Virus record (IMG/VR): IMGVR_UViG_3300031578_000045
Coordinates: 1 to 55,410 of that record
Direction: 5' to 3' (one strand)
DNA from: a virus
Taxonomy: Duplodnaviria > Caudoviricetes
Length of the DNA: 55,410 bases
The translations under genes were made by a program, and so were the position numbers. The notes under the pieces are model-generated. The model was not told where the DNA came from and did not search any database. It was given only the letters and a program-made list of their open reading frames with translations. How positions within the stretch are numbered: position 1 is the stretch's first letter; every line of letters starts with the position of its first letter. Below are positions 38,866 through 48,291 of this stretch, in pieces.

Positions 38866-39309
38866 ATGAAAACTTCAAAAATTCAAACAGGAGCAAAAGT
38901 AAACGGAAGCAAAGGACAAGGAACCATTACCAGGATAATAACTAAATCGTCTGGTTATGTTGAGGTTACTTATGATAACGGCCTCGTAAAAAAAGAGATG
39001 GCCTTTAACCTTACTGATGAAAATGGTGAAAGCCTTAAAAAAGCCCCTAAAAAACAAACAGAAGAAAAAGGACAATTAACCCCAGCACAGATAATTAATA
39101 GCTGGAAAAACGTTGCTTTATCAGTTAATGATAAATGGAATAGTAATTCAACATGGAAATTGGCTGAAGATCGTTTTGGCTCGTTAGATTCTAAAGGGAA
39201 TAGTTTTATCGATAGTTTATTAACTTCAATGTTTTCAAAAAACTTCCTTTCTGAAAAACAAGCTTTTTGCTTGGCAAAATTCGCAGTTGAAACAAAACAA
39301 TTATCTTAA
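38866..39309 (+). CDS. hypothetical protein with SH3-like N-terminus
   Basis: GQGTITRII..VEVTYDNG; LSEKQ. Confidence 0.75.
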   Translation: MKTSKIQTGAKVNGSKGQGTITRIITKSSGYVEVTYDNGLVKKEMAFNLTDENGESLKKAPKKQTEEKGQLTPAQIINSWKNVALSVNDKWNSNSTWKLAEDRFGSLDSKGNSFIDSLLTSMFSKNFLSEKQAFCLAKFAVETKQLS

Positions 39310-39329
39310 TTTATATAAAAAAAACGATT

Positions 39330-39545
39330 ATGAAAACAATAGAAAACACATACTTGACAAAACTTTCCTCCGGTCACGGACATTGGAAAGTAACAGCTAA
39401 CCATAACGGTGAAGAAAAAACTATCATTACACATGACAGCCTATTAATTGATGATTCTTTTAATTCAAATGAAGGTGATACGAGTTATTATGATAGTGTG
39501 GATGAAGCTAGGCAGGTTTTGATAAACATGATTTTTGATCAATAA
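39330..39545 (+). CDS. hypothetical protein
   Basis: SGHGHWKV. Confidence 0.7.
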   Translation: MKTIENTYLTKLSSGHGHWKVTANHNGEEKTIITHDSLLIDDSFNSNEGDTSYYDSVDEARQVLINMIFDQ

Positions 39546-39873
39546 ACCACCGTATTTCTTTTGAAAATAAACAAATAAGTATTGCAAAATGAAACATAAA
39601 TTAAATTAATCCGTATAATTAATTAAGAAACAAACAATTAAAACTGACGGTTATGAAAAGCACAGATGAATTAAGAAAGCAAAATCAAGAGCTAAGAAAA
39701 CAAAACGAAATAATGAGGTTTAAAAACGAAGAGGACAATTTTTGGCATAATGAGTACATGCGTAAAATTAAAGAAACATTAATGAGATAATTCTCGTAGT
39801 TCCTCGTCAGTCTACGAGGGTTTTGCCCCGGCTGGTTTCGACCTCCGGGGTTTTGGCAGTAAAAACAAAAGAT

Positions 39874-40128
39874 ATGAAAACCTGGAATATATCAGATATG
39901 AATATCCGCGAAGAGGTCAAATACCTAGCCCGGAAAGAGATTAAAGAGAACAACGGCAAAAAAGGCTATTGGAAACAATCCTTAGTTTGTAAGATTTCTT
40001 ATTATCACGGGTTATGTTTGAGGTTAGCTTGGGAACTATTTAACAATTTAATGCTGGAAACTGTTGAGACTGATATGAATGTTTTCAATAGGATGTACGA
40101 TGCGGAGATTTACGGGGTTAGTAATTAA
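39874..40128 (+). CDS. hypothetical protein (likely start MKTW)
   Basis: A-rich leader. Confidence 0.6.
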   Translation: MKTWNISDMNIREEVKYLARKEIKENNGKKGYWKQSLVCKISYYHGLCLRLAWELFNNLMLETVETDMNVFNRMYDAEIYGVSN

Positions 40129-40139
40129 AACCATATATT

Positions 40140-40853
40140 ATGAAACAATACACAAAATTTAGAGATGAGATAATTAAGTTATGCAAAACCAATAATGCAT
40201 GCAAAGGAGAGTTTAAACGGCTTATAGAAACAAAAAGCGAAAAAGAATTTTGCAATGTTTTAAAAGATAATTTTACTTGGTGTTCAATAAATATTTTATC
40301 GGCAGAATTATTTGATAAACATACTGAGATTTTAAACGAGAATAACTTATATTGTAACGTAAATACAAGCAATGGTTATTTATTAGTCATAAACTCTTCA
40401 GTAAAAGCTTGGGGAAACTCTTCAGTAGTAGCTTGGGTAAACTCTTCAGTAGTAGCTTTTGAAAACTCTTCAGTAGTAGCTTTTGGAAACTCTTCTGTAG
40501 TAGCTAAGGAAAACTCTTCAGTAGAAGCTTGGGAAAACTCTTCAGTAGAAGCTTGGGGAAACTCTTCAGTAGTAGCTAAGGAAAACTCTTCAGTAGTAGC
40601 TTTTGGAAACTCTTCAGTAGAAGCTCGGGGAAACTCTTCAGTAGAAGCTCAGGATAACTCTTCAGTAAAAGCTTGGGTAAACTCTTCAGTAGTAGCTTTT
40701 GAAAACTCTTCAGTAGTAGCTTTTGAAAACTCTTACATATCATCGTATCAAACTATTAAATGTAAGCTTAATGATAATTCAATTTATAGAATTAGAAAAG
40801 AAAATACTATTTATTATTCATCCGAAAATCTTAAATTTAAGAAAATAGACTAA
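40140..40853 (+). CDS. 8-aa-repeat (NSSVVAWG) beta-solenoid-like protein
   Basis: 14 x 24-bp units at 40392-40727. Confidence 0.85.
   Translation: MKQYTKFRDEIIKLCKTNNACKGEFKRLIETKSEKEFCNVLKDNFTWCSINILSAELFDKHTEILNENNLYCNVNTSNGYLLVINSSVKAWGNSSVVAWVNSSVVAFENSSVVAFGNSSVVAKENSSVEAWENSSVEAWGNSSVVAKENSSVVAFGNSSVEARGNSSVEAQDNSSVKAWVNSSVVAFENSSVVAFENSYISSYQTIKCKLNDNSIYRIRKENTIYYSSENLKFKKID
40392..40733 (+). repeat. 24-bp coding tandem repeat, 14 units
   Basis: AACTCTTCAGTA(GT/GA/AA)AGCTnnnnnn. Confidence 0.95.
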
Positions 40854-40864
40854 AACCATATATT

Positions 40865-41290
40865 ATGAAAACACCATTAATTACATTAGAATTAATTGAA
40901 TCGTTTGGTCCATGTTATCATATTGATGAGTATGGCTTTACTAAAGATTTAAAACTATCCCCCATTGAATGGATAGACCAATGGAGGGATAAAGTTAGGA
41001 GTAAAAAAGATATTTATTGGGTTTTGTTGCGTAAAGAATTTATGCCAGATAAGGATTTACGCCTATTTGCCGTCTGGTGTGCAAGGGGTGCATTAAAGTT
41101 AATAGACAACCCGGACGAACGTAGTATAAATGCTTGTAATGTAGCTGAGAGGTATGCTAATGGTGAAGCTTCTGAGGAAGAAATTATTGATGCTGCTGCT
41201 TATGCTGCTGCTGCTTATGCTGCTGCTGCTGCTTATGATGTTCAAATAGATAAATTAAGGGATTATTTTATAACCGGTAAAATATATTAA
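40865..41290 (+). CDS. Ala-repeat phage protein (Imm5-like)
   Basis: RLFAVWCAR..D.RS..A..VAERYANG plus GCT repeats. Confidence 0.7.
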   Translation: MKTPLITLELIESFGPCYHIDEYGFTKDLKLSPIEWIDQWRDKVRSKKDIYWVLLRKEFMPDKDLRLFAVWCARGALKLIDNPDERSINACNVAERYANGEASEEEIIDAAAYAAAAYAAAAAYDVQIDKLRDYFITGKIY

Positions 41291-41521
41291 ATGAAACAAT
41301 CAAGAAAAAGGTCAATAGTTAACCCAGATTACGAAAAGCAATTCACGGAATTTTTAAACTCAGGGAACATGGTAGCAATTCAGAACATGATCAACATGTT
41401 TGAGAATATTAGGAACAAAACAGGTGAAGAACTAAAAATGCTTGAATCGTTGAAAAACAAGATATATGAAAATGATGCTTTTGGAATGTTCGGTTTAATG
41501 GGTGGTTTTGGCCCAACATAG
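41291..41521 (+). CDS. hypothetical protein
   Basis: ORF. Confidence 0.6.
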   Translation: MKQSRKRSIVNPDYEKQFTEFLNSGNMVAIQNMINMFENIRNKTGEELKMLESLKNKIYENDAFGMFGLMGGFGPT

Positions 41522-41524
41522 GAT

Positions 41525-41543
41525 ATTTAGAATGGTTCTAAAT
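41525..41543. promoter_or_regulatory. palindromic operator upstream of the recombination operon
   Basis: ATTTAGAA-TGG-TTCTAAAT. Confidence 0.7.
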
Positions 41544-41606
41544 AAGCCCTAACCGTAAAACCTATTGAAATTATTCGTATATTAGTATTTATAAACAACT
41601 AAAGAA

Positions 41607-42491
41607 ATGGAAAGTGATTTTTTTAATAAGGTAAAGATTATTGTCAATGATGATGATAACGAAACTTACCACGGCAAAAAAGAATATATTTCGGCATCTG
41701 GATTAAAGAAAATAAAGATTAGCCCGCTACACTTCAAAGAACAGCAGACAAAGGAAACCGAAGCTTTATTATTCGGTTCTGCTTATCACACATATATTTT
41801 AGAGCCTGATTTATTTGAAAAAGAATATTTTATTTTTGACCCACTTAAAAGGCCTGAACCAGACAAAACATTTGCAAGCAACGCTAATAAAGAATGGAAA
41901 AATAATATATACTTACAATATCCCCACGTTATCGATGCAGATGATTTTAAGACTATAAAGGCTATGAAAGATCGTTTATTTAGGCACACATATACTAAAC
42001 ACCTATTGACAAAAGGAATAGCTGAAAGTAGCCATTATTATGAAATAGATACCAAATATGCCGGTAAAGTTAATGTAAAAATACGGCCAGATTATTTAAA
42101 ACCTAAAAAAAGAATAATTATTGATTTAAAAACTACTAATGATGCTTCGCTAGATGGGTTTACAAAAAATGCCGCTAAATATGATTACCATATACAAGCA
42201 TCTTTATATGCCGATTTAATGGAGCAAGAGGAAGGGGATAAAATGCCGTGGTCATTTATATTCGTAGCACAAGAAAAAACAAAACCTTATGCCTTTAATT
42301 TATTCGAGGCAAGTTCCCAGTTTATATCACAAGGTCGGTATGAATACGAAATGTTATTGATACTTTATAAGCAATGTATTGACAATGATAAATGGCCTGG
42401 GTATCAAGTTTATATTGAAAACCGGTTCGGTATTAATCAATTATCTTTACCAATTTGGGCAATTAAAGAAATTAATTTTTATAACCATTAA
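41607..42491 (+). CDS. exonuclease VIII/RecE-like PD-(D/E)xK nuclease
   Basis: ISASGLK, FGSAYH, KIRPD..IIDLKTT, YHIQASLY. Confidence 0.9.
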   Translation: MESDFFNKVKIIVNDDDNETYHGKKEYISASGLKKIKISPLHFKEQQTKETEALLFGSAYHTYILEPDLFEKEYFIFDPLKRPEPDKTFASNANKEWKNNIYLQYPHVIDADDFKTIKAMKDRLFRHTYTKHLLTKGIAESSHYYEIDTKYAGKVNVKIRPDYLKPKKRIIIDLKTTNDASLDGFTKNAAKYDYHIQASLYADLMEQEEGDKMPWSFIFVAQEKTKPYAFNLFEASSQFISQGRYEYEMLLILYKQCIDNDKWPGYQVYIENRFGINQLSLPIWAIKEINFYNH

Positions 42492-42502
42492 TATTTATAA
42501 TT

Positions 42503-43318
42503 ATGACAAATCAAAGTAATTTACCATCAACACAAGAGAGAGAGAAAGAGGTAAAGACCTTAGTTTTTTCTGCTCAAAAGCAATTTGAGGCAACAACAAA
42601 AAGTATGAATTTTATAAAAGAGGCCGGGTTTGCTATTCAGATTTTAACTAATAACCAATACTTGGCGAAAGCAGACCCTAACAGTATTAGGCATGCGGTA
42701 GCTAATATTGCACAAACAGAATTAACACTTAACCCGGCATTAAAATATGCTTATTTAGTGCCAAGGAATTCTAAGGACGGTTTAAAATGTATCCTTGATA
42801 TATCTTATATCGGTATGATTAAGCTGTTAACAGATGCAGGGTCAGTAAAAAATATTGATGCTGGTGTTATTTATTCTAATGATGAGTATGACTTTAGACG
42901 AGGGAATGATCCTTATTTTAAACACAAGCCGGCTTTGTCTAAACGTGGTGATATGATGGGTGCTTATGCTATTGCTTTTTTAAGGGATGGAGGTTTCCAG
43001 TTTGAGATTATGGGGAAAGAAGAAATTGAAAAAGTAAGGGCAACATCTGAAAGCTGGAAAAATGAAAAGGGCCGTCAATATTCGCCATGGGAAACATGGA
43101 CTGATGAAATGTGGAAAAAAACAGTATTGAAGAGATTGTTCAAGCTATTGCCTAAAACTCATTTTTCTGAAACGCTTATCGCTGCTATATCTAACGACCA
43201 TAATAATGAAATGTCAGATTTAAACGAAGAATCGAAACATGAGCAATGGTTTTCTGATGTTCAAGAAATACAAGAAATCAAAGAAGAAACCCAACCTAAA
43301 CAAGAAACAAACAAATAG
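42503..43318 (+). CDS. recT: RecT-family ssDNA annealing protein
   Basis: AYLVPR..ISYIGM, SPW..WTDEMWKKTVLKRLFKLLP. Confidence 0.92.
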   Translation: MTNQSNLPSTQEREKEVKTLVFSAQKQFEATTKSMNFIKEAGFAIQILTNNQYLAKADPNSIRHAVANIAQTELTLNPALKYAYLVPRNSKDGLKCILDISYIGMIKLLTDAGSVKNIDAGVIYSNDEYDFRRGNDPYFKHKPALSKRGDMMGAYAIAFLRDGGFQFEIMGKEEIEKVRATSESWKNEKGRQYSPWETWTDEMWKKTVLKRLFKLLPKTHFSETLIAAISNDHNNEMSDLNEESKHEQWFSDVQEIQEIKEETQPKQETNK

Positions 43319-43323
43319 AAATT

Positions 43324-43875
43324 ATGAAAACAATTAAAGTAACCGATAAAATGTATAATTTCTTAATTGGATTATCCAAGGAATTAAATACACAAAATCA
43401 TAGATGTACTGCTATGCCTTATTTTTTTCAAATTAGAACTACTGAACAATGTGCTGCTTACCCTGGACAAGGTGGTGAGATTTGGGTAAACGGTGAGGGT
43501 GACGAATTGGAGACTGAGGAAGAAATGAGAGAATTTATACAGCAGTACATTTATGAGAATGACGAAAGTATAAGCCACATTGATGATGATGAAGCTAAAA
43601 AAGAGGCTAAAGTAAAGGTTGATGAAATGGATGAATACGACATTGAAGAATACTTAGAAGAAACGCATAATAATTGGTGGAAAGTAAATGTAACGACCGA
43701 ACATAAATACCAAAACGCATTTTTGACAGAAAAAGCTTGCCGCGAACATATTAATTCAAATAAACATCATTACAGAAGCCCTGTTGATTATTTAACTTAT
43801 GCATTTAGAAATCCAGAATTAGAGAGGGTATTAAAATTTTTATGTGAATTAACAGGCGGTAAATTGCATAAATAA
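43324..43875 (+). CDS. hypothetical protein
   Basis: TQNHRCTAMP..FLTEKAC..HI..N.HH..RNPE. Confidence 0.75.
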   Translation: MKTIKVTDKMYNFLIGLSKELNTQNHRCTAMPYFFQIRTTEQCAAYPGQGGEIWVNGEGDELETEEEMREFIQQYIYENDESISHIDDDEAKKEAKVKVDEMDEYDIEEYLEETHNNWWKVNVTTEHKYQNAFLTEKACREHINSNKHHYRSPVDYLTYAFRNPELERVLKFLCELTGGKLHK

Positions 43876-43884
43876 CCATGGTAA

Positions 43885-44229
43885 TTATAACGGTTAATGT
43901 ATGGCAATGTTGCGCCATACTTAGAATTACGAAATTTAATATTAACACATAAATTAGATAAAAGATGAAAACTTTAAAATTATTACAGCGCAATTTGCTA
44001 TACATATTGTTAACGTGCGTTTTGTCCGTTGGATGTGAAAGCAAAACAAGTACACCTGATGGAAATGACGGTGAAAAAGTTACAACTGGCTCTATAACTT
44101 ATTGTAGTGTAAGTGCGGTTGACTATTATAGTGGAGGAATGCACTACAAAGTATTTAACTCTGCCGCAGGTGATGTATTTGTAGTTAATATAACTAAAGA
44201 TAGTTTGATCGTGGCAAATGCACGTTAAC
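43885..44229. mobile_element. single attC-like cassette (locus 4)
   Basis: Arms ATGTATGGCAATGTTGCGC / GCGCAATTTGCTATACAT; GTTAACGTGCGTTT at 44009 / AAATGCACGTTAAC ending 44229. Confidence 0.8.
43965..44228 (+). CDS. cassette lipoprotein
   Basis: ..LLTCVLSVGC lipobox; stops in TAAC. Confidence 0.7.
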   Translation: MKTLKLLQRNLLYILLTCVLSVGCESKTSTPDGNDGEKVTTGSITYCSVSAVDYYSGGMHYKVFNSAAGDVFVVNITKDSLIVANAR

Positions 44230-44355
44230 ATACATATACAAAGGGGAAATGCACCTGTCTTACAAAGACTGGTAAATAAAACGTATTGAAATGGTTTTAG
44301 CAAGGCTGGGTGCTACTTATTGGGAGTTAGGAATTGAAGATAAAAAACTAAAATA

Positions 44356-44709
44356 ATGATAATAATAAATCCAGGATCAGAAAACAGAGGAGGTACATTT
44401 AAACAGGCACTAATAAATGCTGAAAGATGGTATAAAAATATAATAAAAGAATTTCCAGAGGTAACCATGAGCACGCACGAAGATAGGTGTGGTAATAATG
44501 GTAATTATGGTAATTGGAACTTTATTTTTACTCATGGTGTGACATTAAAAAGAGTTAATTTAGAAATACACGGATTTACTGATGAAGAATGTGAAAAGTT
44601 TCTTTTTTATCCTAGGGCATACTGGAATGGTAGCAGTACTGCTAATCCTGAAATCGAAGATTGGTTGACTGACGATTATACTTATAGGATAGTTTACGAA
44701 AAAAACTAA
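44356..44709 (+). CDS. hypothetical protein
   Basis: ORF flanked by 17-bp direct repeats. Confidence 0.75.
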   Translation: MIIINPGSENRGGTFKQALINAERWYKNIIKEFPEVTMSTHEDRCGNNGNYGNWNFIFTHGVTLKRVNLEIHGFTDEECEKFLFYPRAYWNGSSTANPEIEDWLTDDYTYRIVYEKN

Positions 44710-44713
44710 AATA

Positions 44714-44914
44714 ATGGAAATAGACATAAAAAAAATAATGGGAGAATGCCCTAAAGATCAATTTGAGGCATCGGCTAAAATGATTAAAGCACAGCAAGAA
44801 ATTTTAGAGGCTTTACATATAATGCAATCTACCATTGATTTTTTTGATGAACCTGAATGCTTGGATTACAATAAAGAACGAATGAAAATATTTTTAAATA
44901 AATATTGTAAATAA
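44714..44914 (+). CDS. hypothetical protein
   Basis: ORF. Confidence 0.6.
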   Translation: MEIDIKKIMGECPKDQFEASAKMIKAQQEILEALHIMQSTIDFFDEPECLDYNKERMKIFLNKYCK

Positions 44915-45355
44915 ATGAAACTTTTGGCTAAAATAAAGAACATAAATCTATTCATGAATTCTATAGAAACAATAGGTTTTGATGAGTTTAAAAAGATTTA
45001 TAAGCTTTCAGAAGGTGATTTTATAGAACTAACAACATGGAAAGAAAGGGACATAAACAAGCATAAAAAGTATTTTGCTTTAATGAATTCTACTTTATAT
45101 CACCTGCCTGAAGATTCGGAATATAGTAGTTTAGAAGTTCTAAGAAAAACAGTCCAAATATGTATCGGTAATTGTGATATAGCTTTCGATATGGATGGCA
45201 ACAAGCAATTACAAGCCAAGTCGATAAGTTTTAAGAACATGGACCAGGTAGCTTTTGACAATCTTTACGAAAAATCACTTAGTTTTATTTCTAAGGTAAT
45301 ATTAAAAGATATAGACTACGAGAGTTTTGTAAACGATATATTAAACTTTTATTGA
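44915..45355 (+). CDS. DUF1367/NinB-like protein
   Basis: R...HKKYFAL..KSISFKNMDQ..F..LY. Confidence 0.75.
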   Translation: MKLLAKIKNINLFMNSIETIGFDEFKKIYKLSEGDFIELTTWKERDINKHKKYFALMNSTLYHLPEDSEYSSLEVLRKTVQICIGNCDIAFDMDGNKQLQAKSISFKNMDQVAFDNLYEKSLSFISKVILKDIDYESFVNDILNFY

Positions 45356-45630
45356 TATGAATAATATATATACTTTATCAGAAGTGCGAGCTGCTCAAAT
45401 ATTAATGGAATCAGGTTATACTAGGTCTAGTAATATACATGAAGCCGCCAACGAATTAATATTATTAGCAGAGAAAATTAAAGCAGAGCGAGTTGTTTGC
45501 TTAATGAACACATGAGACTAATCAACTTCATAAAGTGGTACCTCAAGATATACAAACTAAGATATTTAGGTGCCAAGTACTATTCTGTTAAACAAAAACA
45601 TATAAAGTTAATCGCTAAAGTGATGAGCAG

Positions 45631-45846
45631 ATGAGAAAGCCGTATGTAACATTAATCAGATTCAAAGGACCAAGGTATTATTATATATTATGGGGCCGAT
45701 ATTATACACAGATGGCAGCAATGCAAGGCAGGTGCGATCTTAAGCAGCTCTATAATTGCGATGTAAAGATAATGAGAGAAGATAGGAAGATTCGGGATAT
45801 TAATCTACTATGCACTAAGGGGTGTTATTATAAAAATAATCGCTAA
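45631..45846 (+). CDS. hypothetical protein
   Basis: ORF flanked by direct repeats. Confidence 0.55.
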   Translation: MRKPYVTLIRFKGPRYYYILWGRYYTQMAAMQGRCDLKQLYNCDVKIMREDRKIRDINLLCTKGCYYKNNR

Positions 45847-45858
45847 AGTAATGAGTAA

Positions 45859-46224
45859 ATGAAACTAATACTTAATATGGCGTTTGTAACGCTTAACGAA
45901 TACATTCAGGCAGAGAGATCAAATAAATACAAATCCGCAGCAATAAAGGAGCAGTTAACAAACTCAGTTGCTTATTTATCGTTACAACAAAAGTTCAAAT
46001 TGCCAGATAAAAAACATGATATAATATTCACATGGTATAAGCCGAACAACAAAACCGATCATGATAATATTGCGTTTGCTAAAAAATTTATACTCGATGG
46101 CTTAGTTAAAGCTGGGGCACTAAAAAATGATGGTCCTAAATATATAGGCAACTTTCAAGATATATTCATACTTGATAAGGGCAGGGATTATATTAGCTGC
46201 ACCATAGAATTTATAGAATGTTAA
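45859..46224 (+). CDS. RusA-like Holliday junction resolvase
   Basis: DHDNIAFAKKFILDGLV..L.NDG. Confidence 0.85.
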   Translation: MKLILNMAFVTLNEYIQAERSNKYKSAAIKEQLTNSVAYLSLQQKFKLPDKKHDIIFTWYKPNNKTDHDNIAFAKKFILDGLVKAGALKNDGPKYIGNFQDIFILDKGRDYISCTIEFIEC

Positions 46225-46457
46225 AATACAAAAAAATATATCTTGATTATTTCGATTATATTGAAGAATATATACCGTGTGAAAAATGCTGGGGTAAGTC
46301 AGTTGATATACATCATATTAATGGGAGAGGTAATGGGAAAGATGTAATTGATAATTTAATGGCATTATGTAGGGTGTGCCATATAGAAGCACATTCGACA
46401 ATAAGCAAAAAAGAAATGCAAGAAATACATAATAAATTTTTAAACAATAAATTATGA
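46218..46457 (+). CDS. HNH endonuclease
   Basis: CEKC..DIHHI..NLMALCRVCH..AH. Confidence 0.9.
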   Translation: MLKYKKIYLDYFDYIEEYIPCEKCWGKSVDIHHINGRGNGKDVIDNLMALCRVCHIEAHSTISKKEMQEIHNKFLNNKL

Positions 46458-46726
46458 AAAGAGATAAATATATAAACTTCCTTAAATGGTTTAGAACCGA
46501 GGTATGTGAAGATACACCGATATACGATGAATATTTTGTTGATAAATATATGAAATACTGTGACGAAAGCGATAAAAAACTATTAATCAATTTTCTTAAA
46601 TGGAGAAAAGGCGAGCAATTGAGTAGCGAAACGATTACAGAGATATGTAACTTTTTAACAGATCAAAAATATGGGATTAAATGTGATATAATTACGAACC
46701 ACCTAAAGAAAAAATACTCGAATTAA
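46454..46726 (+). CDS. hypothetical protein
   Basis: Internal INFLKW duplication. Confidence 0.65.
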   Translation: MKRDKYINFLKWFRTEVCEDTPIYDEYFVDKYMKYCDESDKKLLINFLKWRKGEQLSSETITEICNFLTDQKYGIKCDIITNHLKKKYSN

Positions 46727-46791
46727 TATACGAACTTGAGAAGTTTACTATAGTCAATCAAAAGAAAAACCTTAAAAGATTGATAAATTAA

Positions 46792-46924
46792 TTTGTAATT
46801 GTCATTTATTTTTACTTACTTTAAATAATCAGTGGAACGATTATGAACAATCAAAAAAATATAGCCCAGGGCGAGTTTACCAATCTTACCTCCGGTGAAC
46901 TGTTCCACCGCCCTGCGCTTTTTA
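46792..46924 (+). promoter_or_regulatory. structured leader/attenuator A
   Basis: GTGGAAC at 46832 complements GTTCCAC at 46902 inside the CAGGGCG/CGCCCTG stem. Confidence 0.5.
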
Positions 46925-46934
46925 AACTAAAATT

Positions 46935-48287
46935 ATGGAATATTCTGAATTAATAGAAAGCAAAAAACATTCCACAATAGATTATGGAATTAAGCCCTTA
47001 TGGTTACCAGATAAAATGTTTGATTTTCAAAAATATATTACTGAATTAATGATTAAAAAGGGGCGTTATGCTGGGTTTTTAGATACTGGTACAGGTAAGA
47101 CACTTATAGAATTAACTATTGGTAATAATTATGTTAAACATACAAATAAACCAGTACCTATAATAACGCCGTTAGCGGTAGCAGATCAACATTTAAGAGA
47201 AGCTGAAAAATTTGGAATCCCAGACGTTGAGCATACAAAAAACGGAAAATATACGAAAAAAATAATACTCATAAATTATGAGCGGTTGCATTATCTTAAC
47301 CCGTCAGATTTTGATTGTGTTATATTGGATGAAAGTTCCATATTGAAAAATTTTGATGGTAAAATAAGAGAGCAAATAACGTCATTTCTAAAAAAAGTAA
47401 AGTATCGTTATCTTTTTACTGCCACTCCTAGCCCTAATGATTTTGTTGAATTGGGTACTAGTTCGGAGGCTTTAGGTTATTTAGGTTATACGGATATGCT
47501 CGGAAGATTTTTTACAAATAATGAAGATACTATTAAGCCTCAAAATATTGGCACTAAATGGATATTAAAAGGGCATGCAGAAGATGACTTTTTTAAATGT
47601 ATCAGTATGCGTAAACCATCAGATTTAGGATTTAGCGATGAAAAACATATTTTACCGCAACTAATAACTAATTATAATGAAGTTATAAATACTAAACCTT
47701 TAACAATAAATGGTCAAATGCAATTATATGCTAATGTTGCTAAAGGATTTAAAGAGATAAGAGCCGAAGAAAAAGCCACAATTAAATTACGATGCGAAAA
47801 AGCTTATGAATTAACACAAGGGCATAATATTAGTGTTTATTGGTGTAACCGAAATGATGAGGGTGATTTATTGCAAGATATTGATAAAAATGCTTATCAA
47901 ATAAAAGGCAATATGAATCTAGAGAAAAAAGAGGAATTGCTTTTAGCTTTTATTGATGGAGAAATTAATAGGTTGATAACAAAACCTAAAATGACAGCTT
48001 TTGGATTAAACTGGCAGCATTGTAACCATACTGTATATTTTCCTACATTTAGTTATGAGCAATATTATCAAGCTATAAGAAGATTTTGGAGATACGGACA
48101 AACAAAACCAGTAATTGTAGACATAATCAATACTGATGGTCAAAAAAGGATTATAGATAGTATAAATGCAAAAATGATAAAAGCTAATAAATTATTCGAT
48201 AAACTTAATAGTACCCTTAATTCAGAATTTAAAATAAAAACAAAAGAATTTAATAAAAAAGTAATTAAACCATCATTTTTAAACTAA
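46935..48287 (+). CDS. SF2 (SNF2-like) helicase
   Basis: TGTGKT, ILDESS, TATP, FGLNWQ, QAIRRFWRYGQ. Confidence 0.92.
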   Translation: MEYSELIESKKHSTIDYGIKPLWLPDKMFDFQKYITELMIKKGRYAGFLDTGTGKTLIELTIGNNYVKHTNKPVPIITPLAVADQHLREAEKFGIPDVEHTKNGKYTKKIILINYERLHYLNPSDFDCVILDESSILKNFDGKIREQITSFLKKVKYRYLFTATPSPNDFVELGTSSEALGYLGYTDMLGRFFTNNEDTIKPQNIGTKWILKGHAEDDFFKCISMRKPSDLGFSDEKHILPQLITNYNEVINTKPLTINGQMQLYANVAKGFKEIRAEEKATIKLRCEKAYELTQGHNISVYWCNRNDEGDLLQDIDKNAYQIKGNMNLEKKEELLLAFIDGEINRLITKPKMTAFGLNWQHCNHTVYFPTFSYEQYYQAIRRFWRYGQTKPVIVDIINTDGQKRIIDSINAKMIKANKLFDKLNSTLNSEFKIKTKEFNKKVIKPSFLN

Positions 48288-48291
48288 AACT

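Noticed and set aside
39794-39856. Hairpin containing CGTCAGT, complementary to ACTGACG in the leaders at 38856 and 39643
   Set aside because: Only a 7-8-nt match; too weak to claim antisense control
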